This document shows, piece by piece, positions 18,054 through 27,411 of a stretch of 64,000 nucleotides of DNA (positions are counted from its first letter, which is position 1; each line of letters starts with the position of its first letter). Made by a program: the position numbers and the translations under genes. The notes beneath the pieces were generated by a model. It worked only from the letters and a program-made list of their open reading frames with translations, made no database searches and was not told where the DNA came from. The DNA lies in NCBI GenBank assembly GCA_021814165.1, contig JAKAIX010000002.1, positions 69,371 to 133,370 of the forward strand, given 5' to 3'. Origin of the DNA: a bacterium (GTDB lineage Bacteria; Patescibacteriota; Minisyncoccia; UBA6257; GWB1-50-10).

Positions 18054-18701
18054 TTATATCTTAAAATCTTCGAGTTCCGCGATTATGTTTTTTGATCCTT
18101 CTTCGCTTATATCCTCCGGCTTGATTTTCATCTTCCCGAATATCTGTCGTTCCAGTTCTCTCAACGCGTCATCGAGCGTTTGTAACCGCTCCGGACTCAT
18201 CTCCTTATCCTTTCTCCCCGCGTACCGATTCCTCCCTTCGGAAATTCGCTCCTCGATGGAACATACGCCGTAGGGATTTACCCTCATGTCCGCATACGCG
18301 CAGATTTTCTTTTCAAAAGAAGCGTCACGAAGCGCGTGTTCCAGGTTTTGATAGCCGACCGCGCAAAGATACAAAAACGCGCGCTCCGAAATTCCCGCTT
18401 CCCTCGCGATCGTCTGGGTGGCGTGATGCTCGCTTCTGCCGTATTTTTCCACATATTCATCTTTCACCTTTTGCCAGTATTCGAGTCCTTCCGGCTTAAG
18501 GTGTTCCGGAAAATAGTTAAGATCGAATTTGATAATATTCCCCATGTCATGGAGAAGGCACGCGACGAGAATTTCGCGCTTGTCGAGTGGCTCCGGAAAA
18601 TTATCGCAGATCGTCTTCGCGACGGCGGCGACGCGAAGCTGGTGCAGCCCCAAGCTCGGCATAATACGATACGCCGAGTATATTTCCCGAACGGTCCTCA
18701 T
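18054..18701 (-). CDS. HD-domain phosphohydrolase
   Basis: H(QLRVA)...LLHDMG...EH...YADMR. Confidence 0.85.
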   Translation of the reverse strand: MRTVREIYSAYRIMPSLGLHQLRVAAVAKTICDNFPEPLDKREILVACLLHDMGNIIKFDLNYFPEHLKPEGLEYWQKVKDEYVEKYGRSEHHATQTIAREAGISERAFLYLCAVGYQNLEHALRDASFEKKICAYADMRVNPYGVCSIEERISEGRNRYAGRKDKEMSPERLQTLDDALRELERQIFGKMKIKPEDISEEGSKNIIAELEDFKI

Positions 18702-19711
18702 GCTTCAATCGACTTGAAGTCCTTTAAAAGCGCGTTGATATATTTTCTCAAACCAACCGAGATCCTTACGGTGCCGTCGTCGAAAAACTTCACAAGCACT
18801 ATCTTTTGTCTCTTCACTATCCTTTTCATTTCCGAAACCGCGCGCGGGGAAGGCCTGAGAAGTATGAAATTCGCATTCGACGAGAATACTTTGAGACCCT
18901 TCGCCCTGAGTTTCGAAATTAAATATTCCCTGTCCCGTTTCACCTCCGCGGCCACGCGCCTGTAGTATGTCTCGGAATTCAGCGCTGCAATCGCGGTTTC
19001 TTCAAGCACCCTGCTCAAACCGAGAAAGCGGTTCTCATAGTTCAATAATTCCTTCACCTTCTTCCCGCAAAGCGCGAATCCTATTCTCATCCCCGCAAGC
19101 GCGTAGTATTTTGAAAAAGTCCGGAGAAGCGCGAGGTTCGGATATTTTTCGAGAAGCCGAAGGAACGATCGCTCATTATATTTCTTCTCGAATCCGCGAT
19201 AGGCCTGGTCGAGAAGCACGGGGCAGTCCTTCTTCACATTTTTCAGGATTACCTCCAACTCACGGACCGAGAGTACGTTGCCCGTCGGATTCGCGGGGGA
19301 CGCAAGGAGTATCATCTCGGGCTTGTGCGCACGATACTTCCTTATGAAATCCTTTATGTCGAACGAGAACGAATCGCCGGCCTCCGGCATGCGGAAGGTG
19401 AGAAGCCGTACATTCTTGAACTTCGCATGAATGCGGTAGTACGTGTAGTGATACTCGCTCGTAAGGATGCTCCCCTTTCTCTCGGAAACTTTCTCAAACA
19501 TGAGCGACAAGAAATCCTCAATGCCGTAACTCAGAATAATTCTGTCCTCCGGAATGCGGAATTTCCCCGAAAGCGCGGGGATAAGGAGCGAGCTGTAGTA
19601 GCCCGGGATATAGGTGCTTGCGTGATCTTTCTTAAACGCCCGAAGCGCCTGAAGCGCTTTCGGGGAGAGACCCTGGAGCACCTCGTTCCTATCCAGAAGC
19701 TGCCGTTTCAT
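18698..19711 (-). CDS. PLP-dependent class I/II aminotransferase (HisC/CobD-like)
   Basis: SPANPTG, LLDQAY and RTFSKYYALAGMRIG. Start moved to ATG 19711. Confidence 0.85.
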   Translation of the reverse strand: MKRQLLDRNEVLQGLSPKALQALRAFKKDHASTYIPGYYSSLLIPALSGKFRIPEDRIILSYGIEDFLSLMFEKVSERKGSILTSEYHYTYYRIHAKFKNVRLLTFRMPEAGDSFSFDIKDFIRKYRAHKPEMILLASPANPTGNVLSVRELEVILKNVKKDCPVLLDQAYRGFEKKYNERSFLRLLEKYPNLALLRTFSKYYALAGMRIGFALCGKKVKELLNYENRFLGLSRVLEETAIAALNSETYYRRVAAEVKRDREYLISKLRAKGLKVFSSNANFILLRPSPRAVSEMKRIVKRQKIVLVKFFDDGTVRISVGLRKYINALLKDFKSIEA

Positions 19712-19805
19712 CTTTATTATTGTACCACTCCACGGGCGTTCCGTCCGACAATAGCTTGACATGAAACAAAATTCCTTGCATATCGTTATATCTTGTACAA
19801 CAGCT

Positions 19806-19910
19806 ATGAAACGGTTTTATCACGACATGAATACGAATACCTGGACGAATAACGCGTCGCCGCGTTGCGTCGCCATCCGCCAGATGAAATACGTTTGTAT
19901 TCAGCCGTGA
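19806..19910 (+). CDS. Putative leader peptide (34 aa, MKRFYHDM...MKYVCIQP)
   Basis: Short ORF whose 3' end is complementary to the downstream terminator. Confidence 0.55.
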   Translation: MKRFYHDMNTNTWTNNASPRCVAIRQMKYVCIQP

Positions 19911-19984
19911 TACTTTTAATGCTCTAAAAGATACTTACATATCATTTTTAGAAGAATCTCGGCTGAACGAAAGCCGAGTTTTTG
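19900..19984 (+). promoter_or_regulatory. Transcription attenuator (antiterminator/terminator)
   Basis: Terminator CTCGGCT-GAACGAA-AGCCGAG-TTTTT. TTCAGCCGTGAT pairs 11/12 with ATCTCGGCTGAA. Confidence 0.7.
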
Positions 19985-20026
19985 TTTTCGCTTCAGCAGC
20001 TTTTTTACAACAAAAAAGGGGCTCGT

Positions 20027-21208
20027 ATGAAGCTGAAACACACATATCGAAACGTCATCCTCTATAAACGCTTCGTGTTGTTCAATGAACCCTTGTTCCG
20101 TGGAGCCGTTATTATTACCTCACTCCAGAAGCTTGCGCACATGTCGCTATCCGATATTTATTTCATGGAATCGGCGGTGGTAGTGCTCTGGGCGCTGTTC
20201 GACATACCCGCGGGAGCGCTCGCGGACCTCATCGGAAGAAAGAAAACCATTATTATCGGGCAGATATTCCTTCTCGGAAGCTTTATCGGGTTTGCGCTCA
20301 TGACATCCCCTCTTACCGCGTGGATCTCCGATATTCTTTGGGCAATTGGAATCTCGTTCCAGTCGGGGGCGGACAAGGCACTTCTTCAGAACTCTCTGAA
20401 CGAGTGTAAAATGGGGAATAAGTTCAAAGAAATCGAGGGGCGCGCGATGGGATCGCGATATCTCCTTATTGCTTTTTGCTCGCTTGTGGTGGGACCGCTT
20501 GCGGAAATTAATCTGAGAATCCCGCTTATCCTGTCCGTTCCCGGATTTCTCATTTCGTTCGTCACCTCTTGGTCATTCCAAGAGCCCGCTCGAACGAAAG
20601 GATATAACCCGCGGGCGCAACTAAGAGCGGTAAGGGAGGGGGTTGCCTACTCGGTCAAGAAAAAAGAGATACGGTGGATCGTCGGATTTTGTGCGCTCCT
20701 CATGGCAAGCGCAAAGGTCTGGTTTTTCACTTACAATCCTTATTTCGAGAGAGTCGGAATCGAACTGAAGTATTACGGTCTTATCTTTTTTCTCCTTAAC
20801 CTCATCGCGTGGCTATCAAGCCGCTATGCGAAGGAAATTGAGCGGCGGCTCGGAGAGCGATCGTGCGTCACGACAATGATACTCTCGACAGGCGTTCCCA
20901 TGCTCCTTATGGGACTTTTTCCCGTACAGCCGGCCGCCTATCTTGTGCTCACGCAAAACGTCGTACGCGGATTTATAACGCCGTTCATCGGGGATTTCGT
21001 AAACAAACACATCGAGTCGGAGCATATCCGTGCAACGGTGCTTTCGGTGAGATCTTCCTCGACGAATGCGGCAACTATCGCGGCACTCGCATGGTTCGGA
21101 GTTATGACGACCCGACTCGATCTCCTCGAATCACTCACCGCGCTTGGAGTGGCGGTTCTCGCGTTGGGAAAAATAAGCTTCAGAAGTTACGAGAGGATGA
21201 CAAAGTAA
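20027..21208 (+). CDS. MFS transporter (efflux-type)
   Basis: DIPAGALADLIGRKK motif A, SGADKALL, RATVLS and about 12 hydrophobic segments. Confidence 0.9.
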   Translation: MKLKHTYRNVILYKRFVLFNEPLFRGAVIITSLQKLAHMSLSDIYFMESAVVVLWALFDIPAGALADLIGRKKTIIIGQIFLLGSFIGFALMTSPLTAWISDILWAIGISFQSGADKALLQNSLNECKMGNKFKEIEGRAMGSRYLLIAFCSLVVGPLAEINLRIPLILSVPGFLISFVTSWSFQEPARTKGYNPRAQLRAVREGVAYSVKKKEIRWIVGFCALLMASAKVWFFTYNPYFERVGIELKYYGLIFFLLNLIAWLSSRYAKEIERRLGERSCVTTMILSTGVPMLLMGLFPVQPAAYLVLTQNVVRGFITPFIGDFVNKHIESEHIRATVLSVRSSSTNAATIAALAWFGVMTTRLDLLESLTALGVAVLALGKISFRSYERMTK

Positions 21209-21312
21209 CGACAAAAGCGGCGCGCTTCACGACGCCGCTTTTTATTCTCAAATTTTCAACAACCCTTCCAATCTATCGAGGCCGGGCCTCGATAATTTTG
21301 GGGATAACTTTT

Positions 21313-23058
21313 TTATACCACCTCTTTTTGATAGCACTCCTCGCAATACACGACCTCGGGACGATCGGGAGCATACGGCGTTTCGAACTCATTAGGACAC
21401 CTCTCCGGATGTCCGTGATCCGAACCATTGCACATGCATGAACGCCGCCAAAGACGGATGTTTAAGGGATTCCTGTATTCTATTCTTTCATAATGCCGGC
21501 AGTTGGGGCACAACCACGGGAGAGGGAGATGCATCCTCCGATAGAACTGGAGTTCCGACTCCAGAATCCTGAACGCGGTGGTACACTGATGTTCGCACGA
21601 CCCGTTGTGCGCGCACCTTATCGTTTCCTCCGTTATCGAATCGGAAACATTTTTGATGTCGCGAGGTAATTGTCCGGGATCTTTCGTAACGCGGTACTCT
21701 CGCGGAACCGAAACTCCCCAGCGGAAACCAGATTCGATGGCTTTTTCCTTTGTCACGGGATAATATTCCTGCGCGATCGATTCGTTGTACGCGAAGGGAG
21801 AAAACTCCGCCGGAAAGAACTCTCCGAAGGCGTACGTCCTCCCCTTTTCGTCTTTGTACGGCATTGCGTTCATGTGCTCGATGATTTTCGGAATCATCGA
21901 CTCATATTCCTCCTTCGAGTACGGCTTGTTTAGAATATGGTATTGCTTTTTCCGCAACCCCGCGCACCCGAAAATATTCTGCGAAGTTCTGCAGTAATCG
22001 CAGTAGGTTGCGTCACGGATGTCCTCAAAGGTGTTCGTGGAAAACCTGATGAGCGAGTCCCTATATCCCACGTTCACGCCGTCGTACAGGAGTTCCGCTC
22101 CGTTTCCTACGCCATAGAGATCCGCCGAGTCCTTCGCCTCAATGACTCTGATGCCGTAACTCACGTTTTCCAGATCTTCGCCGGTAAAACAATATCTGGC
22201 GTTCTTCGCGTTGATAAGGTTGTTCCCGGTGGCGTTCACGGTTTTGAACAAGCTCGCAAAACGGTGAATTGCTTTCGTCCTCAACGCCTCATACTCGGGG
22301 ATAAGCGCCTGAAACGCCACGCGATCTCCCAAACCCAATTCGCTCATTCTTCGTTCATACTCCTCCTTGGAAAGTTCCTGATTCCTGAACACATATGATT
22401 TGTTCCGCAGGTTTGAACTCATAAAACAATTCCTGCATCCCCTGCAATCGTAGAGAAAAGCGGAGTCAAGACATTCCCTGCAATCGGTCAGATACACGGC
22501 GTTGGCACACCGTTGACAGTCCTGTGATCCATAACAGAGTTGGGAGTCGTACAGGTAGGTTGAGTCCATACTGTCCTGACAGCGCGTGGTTCCGTGGCAG
22601 TAGGAAATATTCTCCGAGTATATGACTGACGAGGAAAGATATACGTTCTTGCTTATCCAGGTGTAGTTGGTGTAGGGCGAGCCCTCATTTTGATAGGCCT
22701 CGAGCGCCATTTTGGGAACCCTCTTGAGAAGCTCCGCGAACTGCACGAAAAACGGTTTACCGAAGTCGTAATCCGTTCCGTACTCCGTCGGATCCCATTT
22801 GTCCGACCACCAACACTCGTTGCAGTATACGATTATGTCCGCGTCGGGATGATACATGGTTATAATGTCCTTTTCACACAGGCCGCACTTCCTCTTAAAA
22901 AGCGCCCGCTCCTGACGGAATACCATCCTTCGCTTCATTCTGCACTCCGGACACCACGTGGGCGGCGGCACTTTTATGTGTTCATAAAACGTAAAATCGT
23001 CCTGCTCGATAACAAATCCTTGCTTGCAGTTTTGACACGTTCTCGATCCCATCTGCAT
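21313..23058 (-). CDS. Cys-rich Zn-ribbon/repeat protein, paralog C
   Basis: CQNC..VPPPTWCPEC at the start and YCEECYQKEVV at the end. Confidence 0.85.
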   Translation of the reverse strand: MQMGSRTCQNCKQGFVIEQDDFTFYEHIKVPPPTWCPECRMKRRMVFRQERALFKRKCGLCEKDIITMYHPDADIIVYCNECWWSDKWDPTEYGTDYDFGKPFFVQFAELLKRVPKMALEAYQNEGSPYTNYTWISKNVYLSSSVIYSENISYCHGTTRCQDSMDSTYLYDSQLCYGSQDCQRCANAVYLTDCRECLDSAFLYDCRGCRNCFMSSNLRNKSYVFRNQELSKEEYERRMSELGLGDRVAFQALIPEYEALRTKAIHRFASLFKTVNATGNNLINAKNARYCFTGEDLENVSYGIRVIEAKDSADLYGVGNGAELLYDGVNVGYRDSLIRFSTNTFEDIRDATYCDYCRTSQNIFGCAGLRKKQYHILNKPYSKEEYESMIPKIIEHMNAMPYKDEKGRTYAFGEFFPAEFSPFAYNESIAQEYYPVTKEKAIESGFRWGVSVPREYRVTKDPGQLPRDIKNVSDSITEETIRCAHNGSCEHQCTTAFRILESELQFYRRMHLPLPWLCPNCRHYERIEYRNPLNIRLWRRSCMCNGSDHGHPERCPNEFETPYAPDRPEVVYCEECYQKEVV

Positions 23059-23093
23059 GCACTTATTATACTATCTAACGACCTTCAATGTTT

Positions 23094-23146
23094 TGAGGCC
23101 CGGCTTCCCCCGCCTGCGCAGGCAGGTCTCGAAGGCCGGGCCTCAA
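23094..23146. repeat. REP-like palindrome with a nested CCCGCCTGCGCAGGCAGG
   Basis: TTGAGGCCCGGCTTC...GAAGGCCGGGCCTCAA; same composite as at 2787. Confidence 0.75.
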
Positions 23147-23167
23147 ATTCTACGCTATAATAAACGC

Positions 23168-23935
23168 ATGAAATGCCGAATCATCAGCCACCGCGGGCTT
23201 TGCAGAAAACATTTCTGGAATTTGCGGAAAGGAGAAAATACGATTGAGGCCTTCAGAGAGGGGTTGGAAGCGCTCGAAAAAATGGGGGTAAAAAAATCGA
23301 TCGAGTTCGACGTTCGCGCTACGAAAGACGCGATTCTTGTGGTGCGTCACAACGAGCGGCTGAGCGGCATCGCCGGCGCGGCGGGATTCGTGCGAGACTA
23401 CACGGCGGAAGAACTTCAGAAACTGGATGCGGGATATGGGAGAAAAATTCCCCTTCTTGAGGAAGTACTCGACGAATTCAAAAACGACGATGTTGAATTT
23501 AACATAGAACTCAAGGAAAGCGGGGTTATTAAGCGGGTGAAAGAGGCGGTGATGGCGCGCGGTCTGGGAAAGAGAACAATCGTTTCCGCGTTTGACGATA
23601 ATGACAACGATCCGCGTTATAAATTTCCCGAACGATTCTCGAGATGGGACGAACTTTCGCAGGCAGGCACCGAGGTGCATTTCGCGCTTCTCGCGACGGG
23701 GTGGAAAATAAGAAGTTTGGGTGGTGAAAAAGCATTCGTGAGAAAAGCCATCGAGTACGGGGCTTCATCGGTTAATCCGGAACGCGCCGCCGCGACAAAA
23801 GCACTCATCGATGCGGCGCACGACGCGGGACTCGAGGTGCGAATATGGGTGGTGAACGGAAAAAGAGAATATAGAAAGTTTGAACAACTCGGGGTTGATG
23901 CGGTTTTCTCCGATAATCCGTTCTTCCTGCAATAA
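23168..23935 (+). CDS. Glycerophosphodiester phosphodiesterase
   Basis: SHRG, ENTIEAF, IEFDV, IELK, WVVN and GVDAVFSDNP. Confidence 0.9.
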   Translation: MKCRIISHRGLCRKHFWNLRKGENTIEAFREGLEALEKMGVKKSIEFDVRATKDAILVVRHNERLSGIAGAAGFVRDYTAEELQKLDAGYGRKIPLLEEVLDEFKNDDVEFNIELKESGVIKRVKEAVMARGLGKRTIVSAFDDNDNDPRYKFPERFSRWDELSQAGTEVHFALLATGWKIRSLGGEKAFVRKAIEYGASSVNPERAAATKALIDAAHDAGLEVRIWVVNGKREYRKFEQLGVDAVFSDNPFFLQ

Positions 23936-24104
23936 GACCGTCAAGTTATCCACAAAATATGAATGGAGCCCTACGTCGCTTCACTCCTCAGGATGATTGA
24001 TTTTCTAAGCTCCTTACGTCGCTAAGAAAATCGAATCAGCCACGGCCTCGATAGACCACGATATAACACTTTATTAACGATCGTGAGAGAAGTGTTATAG
24101 AAAA

Positions 24105-24806
24105 TTAGTTCAAAAACCTGAAGGTTTTTATGATATCCAGGCCCTTATCGAAGTAGGAACGGAGCGCCGTATCAACATCCTCCACGGAGCTCGTGGTGTC
24201 CCTATAGTTACTCCCCGCCCGAAGCTGCTCCACCGCAAAACACATCCCGTTATGCACTGTTCTGAAACTTTTCCCTTCAAGATATTGCATCATGGCGGCA
24301 TCTTGAATGGGAAATTCGTAGAATGTGGTTCCGTTTATTACCACCTCGGTTGAAGAGGCGTTCGCATAAGGATCTGAAGAGGTGCAATTCGAAATGTCCC
24401 GAGCATTCATACTTATTCCGAGGCGCACCTCCGCACTGAAATAACGGGGGTACGTGCTTGTACTTTCCGTCCGATAAATAGGAAATGCCACGACGGGAGT
24501 CCCCGTCGAATCGGGAGCGCTATCCGCGCGCCAACCGTTGGAGAGGAGGTAGAACTGTTTGAATGAGGTGTCGGGCAGCAGCTCTTGGGGATAGCGAATC
24601 TCGAATCCGTACTCCGCGTTTTTATACATATTCCACGCCGCCTCGGAGGTTGTCGTCGCGGCACCCTCGGGCGTGCTTGTCGCACCCTTGTTTGATTCAA
24701 TCGGCGCGAACGTTACCGATGGAATCGATGGAAACGCCCAAAACACGATACCCACGGCAATAACCACAAGAAGAAGTATCAGCCACTTGAGTTTTATGTC
24801 CCCCAT
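24105..24806 (-). CDS. Membrane-anchored exported protein (PsbP-like W..Y.N.EYGFEI.YP motif)
   Basis: N-terminal TM, Thr-rich linker, C-terminal IIKTFRF. Confidence 0.7.
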   Translation of the reverse strand: MGDIKLKWLILLLVVIAVGIVFWAFPSIPSVTFAPIESNKGATSTPEGAATTTSEAAWNMYKNAEYGFEIRYPQELLPDTSFKQFYLLSNGWRADSAPDSTGTPVVAFPIYRTESTSTYPRYFSAEVRLGISMNARDISNCTSSDPYANASSTEVVINGTTFYEFPIQDAAMMQYLEGKSFRTVHNGMCFAVEQLRAGSNYRDTTSSVEDVDTALRSYFDKGLDIIKTFRFLN

Positions 24807-24874
24807 GGTGTAATAGTACTTCCGTAAAGCGGACTTTACTAGACACAAAACAACCGAGGAATAGAATTGAAACT

Positions 24875-25582
24875 ATGAGCACCGCCAAGGAACTGCACCC
24901 GATCCAAGCAAGCATTCTCCGGGTCCTTATGTATAAGCCAAAAGCGAGATTCTCCGATCTGAACGTCGAAGGGCTTTCGAGCGATCACTTCACGTTCCAT
25001 GTGAAGAAACTTCTCGAGATGGAACTTATCGAGAAAACAGACGAGAGCTCATATTGTCTTACGAGATCGGGAAAAGAATTTACCAACAGGTTTGATACCG
25101 ACGTAAAACAGATTGTGCTTGAACGACAGGCGAAGATAGGCGTGAGTATTATCTGTACGCGCGGGGAAGAAGGAAAAACCGAATATTTAATACAGCAGCG
25201 ACTCAAACAGCCCTACTACGGATTTTACGGATTTGTCACCGGAAAAGTGCGTTGGGGAGAAAGTGTCCACGATACCGCGGCGCGGGAACTTAAAGAGGAA
25301 ACGGGGCTCTCCGCAACATTACAACTTGTCGGCATCGAGCATAAGATGGATTATTCCGAGGAGGGAGAACTTCTGGAAGATAAGTACTTTTTTATTTTCA
25401 GGGGGACGACGGCAAACGGCAAGCTCGTCGAACAATTCGAGGGGGGACGGAATGCCTGGTACTCCAGGAGTGAGGTTGGAAAACTTCCGGAAGTGTTCGG
25501 CGACGTGGAAGAGATACTTGATGTCATTATGAAAGGAGAGTTCGGATTCATAGAAAGGAAGTTCACCGTATCAAAATACTAG
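24875..25582 (+). CDS. wHTH-NUDIX fusion protein
   Basis: N-terminal wHTH (RFSDL..FTFHVKKL..YCLT..G) plus the NUDIX box GKVRWGES...ARELKEETGL. Confidence 0.85.
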   Translation: MSTAKELHPIQASILRVLMYKPKARFSDLNVEGLSSDHFTFHVKKLLEMELIEKTDESSYCLTRSGKEFTNRFDTDVKQIVLERQAKIGVSIICTRGEEGKTEYLIQQRLKQPYYGFYGFVTGKVRWGESVHDTAARELKEETGLSATLQLVGIEHKMDYSEEGELLEDKYFFIFRGTTANGKLVEQFEGGRNAWYSRSEVGKLPEVFGDVEEILDVIMKGEFGFIERKFTVSKY

Positions 25583-25634
25583 ATTTACAAAAAGAGAAAA
25601 CCGCCCTTTTAGGCGGTTTTCCTTTTCGTTCCGG

Positions 25635-25865
25635 TTATGCCTTCGGCATTGCGGACGACGGAGCGGAGCACTCTTTGCACGTACCCTTGTGGCCGAACAT
25701 TTCGACAAGCGCCGAGATTCCGACCAGTATGTAGATAATGCGAGAAATGATTTCGCCCTGTCCGCCGAAAATCTCACCGATGTCCCAGCTAAACACTCCG
25801 AGGAGAAGCCAGTTCAAACCACCGATTATCAAGAGGACAAAAGCAATTTTATGAAGTCCTTTCAT
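25635..25865 (-). CDS. DUF378-family small membrane protein
   Basis: LLIIGGLNWLLLG...SRIIYILVGISA. Start at ATG 25865. Confidence 0.85.
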   Translation of the reverse strand: MKGLHKIAFVLLIIGGLNWLLLGVFSWDIGEIFGGQGEIISRIIYILVGISALVEMFGHKGTCKECSAPSSAMPKA

Positions 25866-26368
25866 TGTTGTTGCGCGATTTTCCCGACCTTTCCCCGCAC
25901 CTTTGGAGGATGACTTGTTTTTTAACTCTCCCCAAAGCACTAGATTGGATATTGATTCCTTCTTCCTATCTATCTTCCTTGAAACACTTTCACTAAAATC
26001 CTCCAAAGGTGCGGGGTTTACCCCAAAAGCGCGGTTTTTCTTTATTATACCATCCTTGGAGGGAATGGGGGCGATTTTAGGGAAGTTATCAACAGCCCCC
26101 ATTTTGCGCGGGCGCAAATTTGGTATACTTAGATTAGAACTTCGACAAGTTCAAAAGTTTAAGCTCGCCGAGATCGCTTCGCGACCCCGGTAAATATGGA
26201 GAAAGTTTATTTTTCTCCCAAGCAATAAGGCCGCTATACAATTTCTATTATTTTTTCTCTTGTAGCGGTCTTTAATTTTACATACCCCGTCGGATCCCCG
26301 CTTCAATGGCGGTTTTTTGTTTCTCGAGCTTTCTGGACGAAAGCAAGAGGAACTGATATTATTCCCAT

Positions 26369-26869
26369 ATCCATTATCGAATCAACAATCAAATAGCGGC
26401 GCGGGAACTTAGGGTTATCGACGAACGCGGAGAAAATCTGGGCGTTATTTCCAAGGAAGAAGCATTAAAGATTGCGGGAGGAAAGGGGCTCGACCTTATC
26501 GAGATCGCGCCTACGGCGAACCCCCCGGTCGCGCGGATAATGAGCTTTGATAAGTTCCGCTATGAGCGGGAAAAGGAGGAGCGACGCCAGCGACAGGCCC
26601 AGAAACCGAAAGAATTGAAGGAGGTACGAATCACCCCGCGAGCCGCCCTGAACGATCTTCAGGTAAAGGCGAAAAGGGCGGACGAATTTCTGAAGGAGGG
26701 GCATAAGGTCACCATTAATCTCTTTCTCCGCGGACGCGAGAAAGCGAATAAGGACTGGGCCTTGCAGAAAATGGAAGAATTCTTTAGGATGGTGAGCGTC
26801 CCCTACCAGATCACGATGATGCCGAAGCCGGGCGGACGAGGTTATATCGCACAAATTACGAAAAAATAA
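26369..26869 (+). CDS. infC: Translation initiation factor IF-3, non-AUG start (probably ATC)
   Basis: YRINNQI..ELRVID, GLDLIEI..PPVARIM and RGRE. No in-frame ATG/GTG/TTG between the TGA at 26354 and the conserved N-terminus. Confidence 0.92.
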   Translation: MHYRINNQIAARELRVIDERGENLGVISKEEALKIAGGKGLDLIEIAPTANPPVARIMSFDKFRYEREKEERRQRQAQKPKELKEVRITPRAALNDLQVKAKRADEFLKEGHKVTINLFLRGREKANKDWALQKMEEFFRMVSVPYQITMMPKPGGRGYIAQITKK

Positions 26870-26870
26870 C

Positions 26871-27059
26871 ATGGGAATTAAAAGCGTCAAAAAGAGCATC
26901 ACAAAACGGCTTAGAGTTACGAGGCGAGGGAAAGTGCTGCGGCGGGCGATGGCATTAGGGCACGCGAAGGCAAATAAGAACACCGTACAAAAGAAGAGAA
27001 AGAAGGCTCACCGCACGCTCGGCGTGGGCATAACAAAACAACTGCAACAATATTTATAA
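26871..27059 (+). CDS. rpmI: 50S ribosomal protein L35
   Basis: KRLRVTRRGKVLRR..GH; lies between infC and rplT. Confidence 0.9.
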   Translation: MGIKSVKKSITKRLRVTRRGKVLRRAMALGHAKANKNTVQKKRKKAHRTLGVGITKQLQQYL

Positions 27060-27062
27060 CGT

Positions 27063-27407
27063 ATGACACGAGTAAAACGGGGCACAATTGCACACAAGAA
27101 ACGGGAGCGCGTGCTTAAAAAGACAAAAGGGTACCGCTGGGGCAGAAAAACAAAGGAGCGCGCCGCAAAGGAGGCGCTGCTGCACGGGCTGAGCAGGAAG
27201 TTCAAGGGGAGAAAAGAAAAGAAGCGTACGGCGCGGGCGCACTGGCAGGTAAAAATCAACGCCGCGGTACGCGCGGAAGGTATGAGTTACAGCGCGTTTA
27301 TAAGCGCACTAAAAAAGAAAAATATCGTACTCGACAGAAAAGTGCTCGCCGACCTTGCGGAACACAAGCCGGCAATTTTCAAAAGGCTAATTGAGTTCGT
27401 ACGATAG
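27063..27407 (+). CDS. rplT: 50S ribosomal protein L20
   Basis: MTRVKRG, KGYRWGR, INAAVR and LDRKVLADLA. Confidence 0.96.
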   Translation: MTRVKRGTIAHKKRERVLKKTKGYRWGRKTKERAAKEALLHGLSRKFKGRKEKKRTARAHWQVKINAAVRAEGMSYSAFISALKKKNIVLDRKVLADLAEHKPAIFKRLIEFVR

Positions 27408-27411
27408 CCGG

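Noticed and set aside
9660-23058. Diversity-generating retroelement (TR/VR) among the paralog 3' ends
   Set aside because: The differences look synonymous and are not adenine-specific, and there is no reverse transcriptase in the window.
25866-26117. Long N-terminal extension of the DUF378 ORF
   Set aside because: The family motif starts at MKGLHK, and the extension spans the promoter and the inverted repeat.
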